Positions 48,092-57,166 of a DNA stretch of 64,000 bases are shown one piece after another (within the stretch, counting starts at the first letter, position 1; each line of letters starts with the position of its first letter). The notes below the pieces were generated by a model, which worked only from the letters and a program-made list of their open reading frames with translations, was not told where the DNA came from and did no database searches. A program made the translations under genes and the position numbers. Where the stretch lies: IMG/VR virus record IMGVR_UViG_3300007513_000001, positions 229,410 through 293,409 of that record; one strand, given 5' to 3'.

Positions 48092-48391
48092 ATGCTAGAT
48101 AAAATTAAGTCACTTTTGACGAAATACAAGGTACACGTAAGCGTTGTTGGTGGGGCTTTAGTTATTGCTACTGTTTACGGCCAGTGCACTTTAGAGCCAA
48201 ACGTTGAAGCAGTTGAAGAAGCAGTTGAAGAAGCTGCCGATCAAGCAGCTAACTCAACCACGTCTAACGAAGACAAAAAGGTTGAAGCGGCAGCGGCAGA
48301 TGCAGCTATCATGACTGAAGACGCGACTAACGCATCTGAAAATGAAAGTGCTGATACCACTACAGAAGCTACAGAGACTAAAGAAGATTAA
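48092..48391 (+). CDS. small lipoprotein-like acidic protein
   Basis: Hydrophobic N-terminus ending YGQC; A/T/E-rich tail; SD AGGAG. Confidence 0.7.
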   Translation: MLDKIKSLLTKYKVHVSVVGGALVIATVYGQCTLEPNVEAVEEAVEEAADQAANSTTSNEDKKVEAAAADAAIMTEDATNASENESADTTTEATETKED

Positions 48392-48409
48392 AAATAATTA
48401 TGTTTTTTA

Positions 48410-48438
48410 TTGAACAACAGAGTTTTGAAGTTTAAAAT
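48410..48438 (+). promoter_or_regulatory. sigma70-type promoter upstream of the large ncRNA candidate
   Basis: TTGAAC-N17-TAAAAT. Confidence 0.5.
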
Positions 48439-48480
48439 AAAACATAATTTACTAAACGTTCTTTAACATTGCTAATAAAA

Positions 48481-49132
48481 GACCTTAGTTCTTGGGTCTA
48501 CAAACCTGGATGAGATTACCGATCTCCAGGCGCTAGCGAAAGCTGGTGATAGAGAAAACCTCGCTCAGGAAAAAGCTGTTCTTACGGACCTGCCCGCCTG
48601 ACTAAGAGAGGGGATGCGTAAAGGAGGGTGGTACCTCTGAAAATCATCCAGTGATTCGATGCATGGGTTCCCATACCACTGGGAAAATACTGCTGAGAGT
48701 ATCCGCGGACTTGTAGGTTCATCGTGGAAACGGGATAAGGGGACTAACCAAGAAAAAGTCTTGGGAAGAGAGGTTAATACCTTTTAGAATCTAACTGTCG
48801 GTGATAGAAGTCTCTCTGGCGGAATCGGAAACGAGACCGTCGTCCCGAAAGGGGTCGTATGGACATCCTCCCAAGGTTTGGAAATGCGACGCGCAACTAA
48901 GAGGTGAAGTGTACAGCTCACTCAAAGGCGCGCAGAATATCATAATACGACAGTAAGGCGTGCTGTTCCGTAGTCTTACGGCTAAGAACAGGGAGAAAGC
49001 TCGCGAACGGCGTTACTTGCCGGTGTGCTTACATCTAACCCAAAGGGGACAGGCTCAAAAGGCTTGATGATCACGAGCAGAGAGAATAGAAGTGCTAAAA
49101 CTCTCCCCCTTTTTAACAAGACCCGAGAGGGC
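48481..49132 (+). ncRNA. large highly structured ncRNA candidate (~650 nt; ROOL/GOLLD size class or new)
   Basis: No credible ORF, GC-richer than flanks, more than 12 visible helices, several GNRA-capped (CUAGC-GAAA-GCUGG, CGU-GGAA-ACG, UCG-GAAA-CGA, CCC-GAAA-GGG, CCC-GAGA-GGG); lies in the tRNA region. Confidence 0.75.
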
Positions 49133-49144
49133 AAAGAGAAAAAA

Positions 49145-49573
49145 ATGACAGTAGAAATCGGTAGCAAAGTAGTAGTTCATTATAAAGGAACATTAAACAA
49201 CGGTGAAGAATTCGACAGCTCATATTCAAGAAATGAGCCGCTAAGTTTTACCGTAGGAAACGGAGAAACAATCGCGGGTTTTGATTCTGCTGTTGTTGGG
49301 ATGTCTATTGGGGAAGTAAAAAATATTACCCTGAGCCCATCCGAAGGGTATGGGGACGTAAATCCAGAAGCGTTTCAAAAGATTTCAAAGAATCAGTTTC
49401 CGTCAGATTTTGAACCATCAGCTGGCACTTTAGTCGAGGGAATCAATACCCAAGGCCAAAAAGTTAGAGCCATCATTGCAGAAGTTTTTGACGAAGATTT
49501 AGTTCTTGATTTTAATCACCCGATGGCTGGAAAAGAGATGAATTTCGAAATTCAGCTAGTCAACTGCGAATAA
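49145..49573 (+). CDS. FKBP-type peptidyl-prolyl isomerase with insert-in-flap domain (SlyD/SlpA-like)
   Basis: VVVHYKGTL, FDSS, IAGFDSAVVGM, EGYG, LDFNHPMAGK; start moved to ATG 49145. Confidence 0.93.
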   Translation: MTVEIGSKVVVHYKGTLNNGEEFDSSYSRNEPLSFTVGNGETIAGFDSAVVGMSIGEVKNITLSPSEGYGDVNPEAFQKISKNQFPSDFEPSAGTLVEGINTQGQKVRAIIAEVFDEDLVLDFNHPMAGKEMNFEIQLVNCE

Positions 49574-49580
49574 ACAAACT

Positions 49581-49656
49581 GCGGGAGTAGCTCAATTGGT
49601 AGAGCTTCAGCCTTCCAAGCTGATTGTTGAGGGTTCGATTCCCTTCTCCCGCTCCA
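49581..49656 (+). tRNA. tRNA-Gly (TCC)
   Basis: GCGGGAG/CTCCCGC, TCAGC-CTTCCAA-GCTGA, U73, encoded CCA. Confidence 0.97.
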
Positions 49657-49666
49657 TGGAGGTAAA

Positions 49667-49804
49667 ATGGCTAGGGTAAAAATATCAGATTTAGTTCATC
49701 AACAAAAGATTCTTGAAGACAAAATTAAGAAGATACAAATTGTTCTTTGGTCTACTGTTTTGTTTGTTGCAGTTTTTGGATATAAAGTATTGTTTGCCGT
49801 TTAG
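49667..49804 (+). CDS. 45-aa single-TM protein (not in ORF track)
   Basis: ATG after GGAGG; MARVKISDL...IVLWSTVLFVAVFGYKVLFAV. Confidence 0.6.
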   Translation: MARVKISDLVHQQKILEDKIKKIQIVLWSTVLFVAVFGYKVLFAV

Positions 49805-49814
49805 GGGAGACTTA

Positions 49815-50045
49815 ATGAAGACTTTAGTTAAAAAAGGGTCGATAGCCTATCTTAGTCACACTGGTCATAAAGGATTCAGGTATCCATCAAAAGATTCAGA
49901 AAAACTTCTTTTTGATGTAGAGGCTGAGCGAGTTTCTTGGGTTGGCGGTGGAGAAAAATTGACTCCCGTCAAAATTCCAGAATCATCAATTTTAGCTTTG
50001 GGAGATTCTGAAAAATCTGTCGTAGTTTGGGTTCATAAAAATTGA
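49815..50045 (+). CDS. small hypothetical protein
   Basis: ATG after GGGGAG. Confidence 0.65.
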   Translation: MKTLVKKGSIAYLSHTGHKGFRYPSKDSEKLLFDVEAERVSWVGGGEKLTPVKIPESSILALGDSEKSVVVWVHKN

Positions 50046-50077
50046 ACATCTAGCTATTTTAGTTAGAATTAATTTAT

Positions 50078-50154
50078 GCGCCCGTAGCTCAGCTGGATAG
50101 AGCAACGGCCTTCTAAGCCGTGGGCCGCAGGTTCGAATCCTGCCGGGCGTGCCA
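50078..50154 (+). tRNA. tRNA-Arg (TCT)
   Basis: GCGCCCG/CGGGCGT, ACGGC-CTTCTAA-GCCGT, TTCGAAT, encoded CCA. Confidence 0.97.
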
Positions 50155-50179
50155 TTTATAATTTGCAGGAGGAGATGTT

Positions 50180-50251
50180 GTGGAAGTTATTGGAGCGATT
50201 GCCATCAGCAGCATGATTGGCTTGACAGCATTAGCGTCAATTTTTGAATAG
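50180..50251 (+). CDS. 23-aa hydrophobic peptide (not in ORF track)
   Basis: Strong SD AGGAGG 7 nt before GTG; MEVIGAIAISSMIGLTALASIFE. Confidence 0.45.
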   Translation: MEVIGAIAISSMIGLTALASIFE

Positions 50252-50259
50252 GGTTTATA

Positions 50260-50508
50260 ATGAGTTATTGGAAGCGAGAAATTAAAAATTTTTTTATCTC
50301 TCCTGAATCAAGTCGCGTACACTGCACGACAGATATTGATTCGTTGGGGAAAATTGAGATTAACATCGGCCGCAGTATGACATTAAGGCTTTCTATGAAA
50401 GATGCTATGGCTTTGCGAGACGCGATTGCTATTAGTGTTATTAAAATTCAAGATGAGATGAATTATTCTCAAGACCATTCGAGAGTTACAAATGGAGATA
50501 TGGGATGA
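50260..50508 (+). CDS. small hypothetical protein
   Basis: Operon ORF. Confidence 0.6.
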   Translation: MSYWKREIKNFFISPESSRVHCTTDIDSLGKIEINIGRSMTLRLSMKDAMALRDAIAISVIKIQDEMNYSQDHSRVTNGDMG

Positions 50509-50735
50509 GTAAAATGGTGTCGATTTTTCTATCAACTTTAATTTATGTTGGAATGATTGATAATCTCGAGGGCGATTATGCAGCAGTTGAGATGTCTAAT
50601 CAGCAGGGAGAAATAACTCGATTAGAAATTCCTATTTTGCTTTTTCCGTGCGAAGTTTCAGAAGGAGACTACTTTTATACTTTTGAAATCGACGGAGTTC
50701 GAGAAATTCGCTGTGGCGAACCACCAACTGATTAA
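50505..50735 (+). CDS. DUF3006-like small protein
   Basis: IDNLEGDYAAVE...IPILLFP..VSEGD. Confidence 0.6.
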   Translation: MSKMVSIFLSTLIYVGMIDNLEGDYAAVEMSNQQGEITRLEIPILLFPCEVSEGDYFYTFEIDGVREIRCGEPPTD

Positions 50736-50745
50736 AGGAGAAAAC

Positions 50746-50982
50746 ATGTCACAAGGTGTTACTGTAATTGAAGAGTTTATTGAAAAGCTTTTTGCGCTAG
50801 AAAACGAGCAAAAGCTCCTATCAGAAGATAGGAAGCTTCTTATTGCTGATTATAAAGGGAAGCTAGATGTAAAAGCAGTACAAGCTGCAATTCGAATCGC
50901 TAAAATTAAATCAAAAGTAGACAGTTCTGATGAAGAGCTTCATAATATGGTTAATACCGTAGAAAGAAACATCAGTCTGTAA
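50746..50982 (+). CDS. GapR/DUF2312-like DNA-binding protein
   Basis: FIEKLFALENEQKLLSEDRK..IADYKGKLDVKAV..AIRI; ATG after AGGAG. Confidence 0.65.
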   Translation: MSQGVTVIEEFIEKLFALENEQKLLSEDRKLLIADYKGKLDVKAVQAAIRIAKIKSKVDSSDEELHNMVNTVERNISL

Positions 50983-51007
50983 AAAAAGCCTCTTTTTATG
51001 GTATAAT
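50978..51007 (+). promoter_or_regulatory. conserved promoter, copy 4
   Basis: TGTAAAAAAAGCCTCTTTTTATGGTATAAT. Confidence 0.75.
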
Positions 51008-51038
51008 AATACTATAAGGAGGAGGGATAAGACCTCAA

Positions 51039-51479
51039 ATGAAAATTCTTTTTCTACACGGCTTAGAATCTAAACCTGGCGGAACTAAAGCGAAAGCTCT
51101 AGAAAAGGCTGGGCATAAAGTCTTGAATCCAGCACTTCCTAAAGATTCTCTAGAAGAATCTATTGCGATTGCGCAAGGGATCATAGATAGAGACTGGCCA
51201 GATATTATCGTCGGTTCCAGCAGGGGCGGGGCAATTGCAACAGCAGTAGATAGCAAAGGTGCTAGATTGATTCTGATTGCCCCAGCCTGGAAGTTATATG
51301 GTATAACACCAAGAGCTGGTTCGGATACAACAGTGTTACACTGTCCTACTGATGATATAGTTCCCTATGAACATACAAAAGAATTAGCTGAAAAAACTGG
51401 AGCTAAAATTATAGAGTGCGGAGAGTGTCACCGAATGAGTGATAACGATGCTTTGAGTTCTCTAGTAGAATCAGTTTGA
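51039..51479 (+). CDS. YqiA-like alpha/beta hydrolase
   Basis: FLHGLES, VGSSRGG nucleophile elbow, DDIV, CHRM. Confidence 0.85.
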   Translation: MKILFLHGLESKPGGTKAKALEKAGHKVLNPALPKDSLEESIAIAQGIIDRDWPDIIVGSSRGGAIATAVDSKGARLILIAPAWKLYGITPRAGSDTTVLHCPTDDIVPYEHTKELAEKTGAKIIECGECHRMSDNDALSSLVESV

Positions 51480-51487
51480 TTTAACTT

Positions 51488-51516
51488 AAAATGCACCGAA
51501 CATTCGGTGCATTTTT
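51488..51516. terminator. intrinsic terminator, symmetric
   Basis: AAAATGCACCGA-ACAT-TCGGTGCATTTT(T). Confidence 0.85.
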
Positions 51517-51623
51517 GTATATTTTTAGTATCCATTTTGTATTTCGTGATTATTTTTAAATTAGCTAAAATTTTGCTGATAAGGAAATTTTGGTACAAAC
51601 TTGCTTATTAAAGGAGTAAAAGC

Positions 51624-53498
51624 ATGGGTAAAGTTATTGGAATTGATTTGGGCACGACAAATTCGTGCGTGGCTGTAGTCGAGGGTACAAACCCTATAGT
51701 TATAGCTAATGAAGAAGGAAGCAGAACAACTCCTTCCGTTGTGAGCTATAATGATACCGGAAGACTAGTAGGAATAGCAGCTCGTAGACAAGCTATCGTT
51801 AACCCCGAATCTACCGTGTATTCTGTGAAGCGTTTTATGGGAATGAGATTTGACGAATCTAAAACAGAGGTCGAAAAAGTTCCTTACGAAATAGTTTCTG
51901 GAGATAGCGGAGAGTGCCGAATAAAAATTAAAGATAGCAAACTGTCTCCTTCTGAAATATCAGCGCAGATTTTAACTAAGCTAAAGAGGAGTGCTGAAAG
52001 ATATTTAGGCACGACTGTAGACGAAGTCGTTATTACAGTACCAGCTTATTTTAATGACTCACAGCGTCAAGCAACTAAAGATGCTGGAAAAATTGCTGGG
52101 TTAGAAGTTAAAAGGATCATTAACGAACCGACAGCTGCAGCTTTAGCTTACGGCATGGATAAAGCTGGCGAGCAAAAGGTTGCTGTTTTTGACTTGGGCG
52201 GTGGTACATTTGATATCTCAATTTTAGAAATATCAGATGGAGTTGTCGAAGTTTTGAGCACGAATGGAGATACTCACCTTGGGGGCGACGACGTAGATCA
52301 ACTTTTGATTGATTGGCTATTTAAAACTTTTGAGGCGGACACCGGAATAGATCTTTCTAAAGATAGCATGGTTATTCAAAGGCTTAGAGAAGCAGCTGAA
52401 AAAGCTAAAATAGAGCTCTCTACAGCGCAGCAAACTGAAATCAATCTTCCCTTCTTGACAGCTGACGCGACCGGTCCGAAACATCTAACTGCGAATTTGA
52501 CAAGATCAAAGTTTGAACAAATGATAGATTCTTTTGTTCAAAATACACTGGTTCCGGTTAAAAATGCGCTCGAAGATGCAAATATTGCCAAAGAAGAAAT
52601 TGATGAAGTGATTCTTGTTGGAGGGTCTACTAGAATTCCAGCTGTTAGAGATAGAGTTGAGAAGTTTTTCGGCAAAACTGCAAATAGTTCGGTTAATCCA
52701 GACGAAGTTGTTGCTCTTGGAGCAGCAGTGCAGGGAGGCGTATTTTCAGGAGACGTTAATGACGTGCTTCTTCTTGACGTTACCCCCTTATCTTTGGGCA
52801 TTGAAACCTTGGGAGGTGTAACAACATTTTTAATTAATCGAAACACCACGATTCCAACTTCTAAATCAGAAACCTTCAGCACGGCAACAGATAATCAGCC
52901 AGCGGTTGATATACACGTCTTGCAGGGAGAGAGAAAGTTTTCTAAAGACAACAGAACTCTTGGAAATTTTCAATTAGCTGGCATCCCTCCAGCTCCTCGA
53001 GGTTTACCACAAATCGAGGTAACTTTTGATATCGACGCGAATGGTATTTTGTCAGTTTCTGCAAAAGACAAAGCTACTGGAAAAGAGCAGAGTGTAAGAA
53101 TCGAAGGCCAATCTGGGCTTTCAGATAGTGATATATCTGATATGATTAAAAATGCCGAGGCTGCTGCAGAAGAAGACGAAAAGAAGTTTAAGGTTATAGA
53201 AGAAAGAAATAAGTTAGACACTCTTGTATACCAAGCTCAAAAAGCAATGAAAGAAAATCAAGACAACATGACGGAAGATTCTAAATTTTCTCTTGGGGAA
53301 TTTATTATCGCTGCCGAAAGTGCTTTAGACAGCGATAGTTTAGATGAGCTTAACCTAGCGTTTAATAATTTGCAGTCTAAGCTTCATGAAATAAGTTCAG
53401 AACTTTACCAATCGTCAACTACCGCTGAAGATTCTAGCGACACGAGCGATGATTCAGGTGATATTATAGACGCTGATTTTGAAGATGTTGACTCTTGA
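51624..53498 (+). CDS. dnaK: Hsp70 chaperone DnaK
   Basis: [69 protein letters not shown] tail. Confidence 0.98.
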   Translation: MGKVIGIDLGTTNSCVAVVEGTNPIVIANEEGSRTTPSVVSYNDTGRLVGIAARRQAIVNPESTVYSVKRFMGMRFDESKTEVEKVPYEIVSGDSGECRIKIKDSKLSPSEISAQILTKLKRSAERYLGTTVDEVVITVPAYFNDSQRQATKDAGKIAGLEVKRIINEPTAAALAYGMDKAGEQKVAVFDLGGGTFDISILEISDGVVEVLSTNGDTHLGGDDVDQLLIDWLFKTFEADTGIDLSKDSMVIQRLREAAEKAKIELSTAQQTEINLPFLTADATGPKHLTANLTRSKFEQMIDSFVQNTLVPVKNALEDANIAKEEIDEVILVGGSTRIPAVRDRVEKFFGKTANSSVNPDEVVALGAAVQGGVFSGDVNDVLLLDVTPLSLGIETLGGVTTFLINRNTTIPTSKSETFSTATDNQPAVDIHVLQGERKFSKDNRTLGNFQLAGIPPAPRGLPQIEVTFDIDANGILSVSAKDKATGKEQSVRIEGQSGLSDSDISDMIKNAEAAAEEDEKKFKVIEERNKLDTLVYQAQKAMKENQDNMTEDSKFSLGEFIIAAESALDSDSLDELNLAFNNLQSKLHEISSELYQSSTTAEDSSDTSDDSGDIIDADFEDVDS

Positions 53499-53542
53499 GT
53501 GTCTTTTGGTATATTTATAATGAAGTAAACTGAGGGTGCGAG

Positions 53543-54373
53543 ATGCGCTTTTTAAAAGAATACATTTCTCAAGTTTTAAAAGAAGCTACGAAATTACCAG
53601 ACGATTTTTATAAACCTTTAGAAAGCGCCATCGCATCATCTCAGTTTTGGACTTTTGCCAACGGTCCGGAAGACGCAGATTTCAATCGGGTCGGCGGAGA
53701 AGATGTAGACCAGACAGAAGCCGCAGAAGTTTTAGGGTACGCTCTTTTAGATTTTTTTAGATCTATAAAATATCCTCTTATACCTCTCGTAAGGTCTCCC
53801 GATGTCGGAGTAAAAGGTAACGATAAATTCTTGGTGGGAAAAGGTCACCGATATTATCCAGACAAGATTGTTGCTGGTGGACAAATGGGTTTGACTGATA
53901 CGGGTAGGAGAATTCTGTATCTAGACCTGATGGTTTATGATGAAGATATCGACACAAACGATATTTCTGCTAATTCTGTAGTTTCAGACGTCGCTTCAGT
54001 TGTAAGACATGAATTAATTCATGCAGATCAATATGATAAAAGAGCTAAAAAACAGAAGACAACGAGAGTAAAAGCTAAAAAAGCTTATGAGGAAGATGGA
54101 AGTATTGTAACTTCAGATGACAGACACCAATATCTTTCTTCGCACATCGAAATCGATGCATATGCTCATGAATTTGCAGAACAGTTGCTTCAAGATTTCG
54201 GTTTAGAAAGGGCGCTACAGTTAATAAGAACTTCTAACAAGGCAGAAGACTTGCCGGTTTCAGATCAATTAGAAGAATATCTAAAGGGGATATCAAGCAA
54301 AAAAGCTTTTAGAAATCTGATGGGAAAAGTTTACACTCAAATAATGGATTTAAAAGATAGAAAAATTTATTAA
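53543..54373 (+). CDS. leader-bearing zincin-like metalloprotease
   Basis: MRFLKEYISQVLKEA leader; RHELIHADQY (HExxH) and EIDAYA. Confidence 0.65.
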   Translation: MRFLKEYISQVLKEATKLPDDFYKPLESAIASSQFWTFANGPEDADFNRVGGEDVDQTEAAEVLGYALLDFFRSIKYPLIPLVRSPDVGVKGNDKFLVGKGHRYYPDKIVAGGQMGLTDTGRRILYLDLMVYDEDIDTNDISANSVVSDVASVVRHELIHADQYDKRAKKQKTTRVKAKKAYEEDGSIVTSDDRHQYLSSHIEIDAYAHEFAEQLLQDFGLERALQLIRTSNKAEDLPVSDQLEEYLKGISSKKAFRNLMGKVYTQIMDLKDRKIY

Positions 54374-54454
54374 TATTTTATTTTACTAAACATTATAGAT
54401 TTTCGGTATAAGCAGTTCATAAAATGATATTTAGTGATATCGAGTGGGAAAAAA

Positions 54455-55099
54455 ATGCAGCTAGTCAGAAAATATGTAAGAGCTCTTTTAATAGAGCAGC
54501 TAGAAGCGGAGCTTCAAACACCCTCTACGGGAGTCCCAAAAGGCGTTTGGACACTACTTCAGCCAGGTAGCCCAGAGTTTGAACAAGCTAGAATAGAACT
54601 AAATGATTTGATCACCATGGCTTATTCGAACATTGGCGGTCATTTAAAGATAACTAGTCCCGAAAGTTTGAACAGATATCAATTTTGGGTCGTCCAAGAT
54701 TTAGATGACGACGACCAAATAGATGTAGCCCTCTTTGGCAAGCCTGATATTGGTGGAAACAAACTTGGAGGAATAGGGCATGATGGATCTAGTGCTGCGA
54801 AGTCTGCATATAAAAACAAATCTGCAGAGCTTCGTTCTGGTGGAGAAGTAGCAGGAGTTGGAAATTGGTGGGGTGAAGTTAGTGGAAAAGCTGCATATGC
54901 AGTTTTGTCTCGTGGCGCACCCGCAATTACCGACGAAGCTCATGTCCGAACTCTTCTTGCTGGCGACCTTATCGTTTGGCACGGGATGCACCCAGATCCT
55001 GATGCTCCACCACTGTTTAAAGCTAACCCCGGATGGTACACTAAGACTTTTAGAGATGGTTCTGAACATACAAAAATAATAGCTGGGAGCCCGACGTGA
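54455..55099 (+). CDS. leader-bearing hypothetical protein
   Basis: MQLVRKYVRALLIEQ leader. Confidence 0.75.
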   Translation: MQLVRKYVRALLIEQLEAELQTPSTGVPKGVWTLLQPGSPEFEQARIELNDLITMAYSNIGGHLKITSPESLNRYQFWVVQDLDDDDQIDVALFGKPDIGGNKLGGIGHDGSSAAKSAYKNKSAELRSGGEVAGVGNWWGEVSGKAAYAVLSRGAPAITDEAHVRTLLAGDLIVWHGMHPDPDAPPLFKANPGWYTKTFRDGSEHTKIIAGSPT

Positions 55100-55344
55100 A
55101 AATCACAAAACTCCAACTCAGAAGAATAATTGCAGAAGCTATCGACTTAGATATCGAAAAGGGCGACGTTATTCTTACAGGAAGATTTAAAAATAAGAGA
55201 ACTATTGTAAAAGATATCGGAGTAGACGATTTAGGTCAACCCACTATTAATGGAATGAAAGTCCTGAATTTTAGAATTGAAAAACTTATGCCCAAAGATA
55301 AATGGAGCCAAAAATCTAAAGAAGCTCTTAAGGATAAAAAATGA
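55096..55344 (+). CDS. MKITK-leader small protein with SH3-like body
   Basis: MKITKLQLRRIIAEA; GDVILTGRFKN. Confidence 0.8.
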   Translation: MKITKLQLRRIIAEAIDLDIEKGDVILTGRFKNKRTIVKDIGVDDLGQPTINGMKVLNFRIEKLMPKDKWSQKSKEALKDKK

Positions 55345-55646
55345 GAATTACAAAACTGCAGCTTAAAAGAGTGATAAGAGAAGCTATAAACGAAAGCCAG
55401 TGGCAAGACAATATAGATGATTTTCTTTCTGACCGCGAAGCTAATCCTCACGATGGAGGCATGTACGGCGAAGATGAAGAAGACCGAAAATGGAGTGAAG
55501 CCGAATACGACCGCGGCTACCAGGACGGCTATGATGCTCTTCCACCCGCCGGCGACGCCTCAGCAGATTACGATGTGGGCTACGAAGACGGGAACAACGA
55601 TGGCAACGCTGAATCAGAGCGTGATTATGAAATGGGGTACAGATAA
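55341..55646 (+). CDS. MKITK-leader highly acidic protein with YxxGYxxG repeats
   Basis: MRITKLQLKRVIREA; YDRGYQDG, YDVGYEDG, YEMGY. Confidence 0.8.
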   Translation: MRITKLQLKRVIREAINESQWQDNIDDFLSDREANPHDGGMYGEDEEDRKWSEAEYDRGYQDGYDALPPAGDASADYDVGYEDGNNDGNAESERDYEMGYR

Positions 55647-55949
55647 ATGAAAATTACAAAGAGACAAATCAGAAGAATTATTAGAGAAGAGAAGCGAAAG
55701 GTCTTACGAGAGGGTATTACCCAAGAAGAGGCTTTGGCCGTCGCTATCCAAGACTACGTTATAGCGCTCCAAGACCAGATGGACTTCGACTCCGTCCAGG
55801 ACTTCCTACCAGATGTTATTGGTCAAGTCGAGGATTGGTTTGCAAATGAAGCTATCGCAGAAGAGTTCGCTGATGGCGAGAGCGGTGAATACGACCTTGA
55901 TCCGAATGATCAAGCATATGCTGCCGGTCGGCCATGGGAGCATAACTAA
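55647..55949 (+). CDS. MKITK-leader acidic protein
   Basis: MKITKRQIRRIIREE..VLREG. Confidence 0.8.
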   Translation: MKITKRQIRRIIREEKRKVLREGITQEEALAVAIQDYVIALQDQMDFDSVQDFLPDVIGQVEDWFANEAIAEEFADGESGEYDLDPNDQAYAAGRPWEHN

Positions 55950-55950
55950 A

Positions 55951-56352
55951 ATGAAAATCACGAAAAGACAGCTTAGAAGAATTATTAGAGAAGAGCTAGA
56001 TTACGGCGAGTTTCAGAGAGATCCAGAAGTTCAAGCGGCTCTACAAGCCGCAGGATTTAATCAAGACGGCAGCTTTGGAATGGAAGGCTATCCTGGACCA
56101 AGCGATTGGCAACTATACTCCCCGGAAAATATGGAGCAAGCCGAAAGGTGGATTGATGCTGCTATTGCAATGAATGATGCATTACGAAAAGCCGAAACTG
56201 CTTTAGACCGCGGCGAATATAGCTCAGCCCAAGATGCCTGGTATGATATAATTTATCCAGTGCAAAAAGAATATAGTGATACCGGGGCAGCCGATACAGA
56301 GGGCAGAGAGGTCGCCGGTGACTGGTTAGAACAAGCGGGATTTTCGTGGTAA
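55951..56352 (+). CDS. MKITK-leader acidic protein
   Basis: MKITKRQLRRIIREE; start moved from 55813. Confidence 0.8.
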   Translation: MKITKRQLRRIIREELDYGEFQRDPEVQAALQAAGFNQDGSFGMEGYPGPSDWQLYSPENMEQAERWIDAAIAMNDALRKAETALDRGEYSSAQDAWYDIIYPVQKEYSDTGAADTEGREVAGDWLEQAGFSW

Positions 56353-56353
56353 A

Positions 56354-56644
56354 ATGAAAATTACAAAAAGAAAACTCAGAAGAATTATCCGGGAAGAAAA
56401 AGAACTTCTTTTAAAAGAAGCAATTAAATTTCCGTGGGGCGAAACTGACCCAGAATATCCTGACGATAATGCTGTATTACCACCGACTAGAAAAATAGAA
56501 TTTAAGTGGGGGCCAGGTGGCTTGGAAATGGAAATGCGTATGAACGGAGAGAAAATTCTTGGTTTTACGCGGCAATCACAAGTCGACGAATTAATTGAAC
56601 AACTAGAGGGTCTACTTGCTGGACCAATGAGGACATCACCATGA
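56354..56644 (+). CDS. MKITK-leader protein
   Basis: MKITKRKLRRIIREE..LLKEA. Confidence 0.8.
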   Translation: MKITKRKLRRIIREEKELLLKEAIKFPWGETDPEYPDDNAVLPPTRKIEFKWGPGGLEMEMRMNGEKILGFTRQSQVDELIEQLEGLLAGPMRTSP

Positions 56645-56922
56645 AAATCACAAAAAGACAACTCAGAAGAATCATCAAAGAAGAAAGACGGCTCTTAAAA
56701 GAGCAGGGTGATCCTATCGCTGACCAGCTTCTTGGAGATTTCGTTACAGATTTAGCTAGTGGGCTAATGGATATGTATGATCCCCAAGACGCAAATCGAG
56801 TTGGATCTGAAGAAGATTTTTATGAAGCAGTAACGACAATAACAGTTGAGGTAGAAGACCTTGTACGCCAGCGATTAAATGATTTATGGTCTGGCGATTT
56901 AAAACTAGAGCTAATGAAATGA
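56641..56922 (+). CDS. MKITK-leader acidic protein
   Basis: MKITKRQLRRIIKEE..LLKEQ. Confidence 0.8.
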   Translation: MKITKRQLRRIIKEERRLLKEQGDPIADQLLGDFVTDLASGLMDMYDPQDANRVGSEEDFYEAVTTITVEVEDLVRQRLNDLWSGDLKLELMK

Positions 56923-57134
56923 AAATCACAAAAAGACAACTCCGGCGCCTGATTAAAGAAGTTCTACAAGAAGATAAGTCTGGGAAAGGAGCTTGCCCAG
57001 ATTCCGGGTGCATTAAGAAAAGTGGCGATGATTGGAGAATTATCAGTAACAAAACTGGTAAAATGTGGCCACAGAAATACAAAACGAGAAAAAGCGCAGA
57101 AAATGCGCTAGACGCTTATCATGCGAGTAGATGA
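56919..57134 (+). CDS. MKITK-leader basic protein
   Basis: MKITKRQLRRLIKEVLQE; ATG overlaps upstream TGA. Confidence 0.8.
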   Translation: MKITKRQLRRLIKEVLQEDKSGKGACPDSGCIKKSGDDWRIISNKTGKMWPQKYKTRKSAENALDAYHASR

Positions 57135-57166
57135 TATTCTAGAAAATAAAATCTAATAAAATTAAA

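Noticed and set aside
48481-49132. Group I/II intron, RNase P or tmRNA identity for the large RNA
   Set aside because: No interrupted flanking gene, no domain V or P7 signature seen, no GAGGAAAGUCC, no tRNA-Ala-like ends; not excluded without covariance models
49025-49144. N-terminal extension of the FKBP ORF
   Set aside because: Overlaps the structured RNA 3' region; FKBP homology starts at ATG 49145
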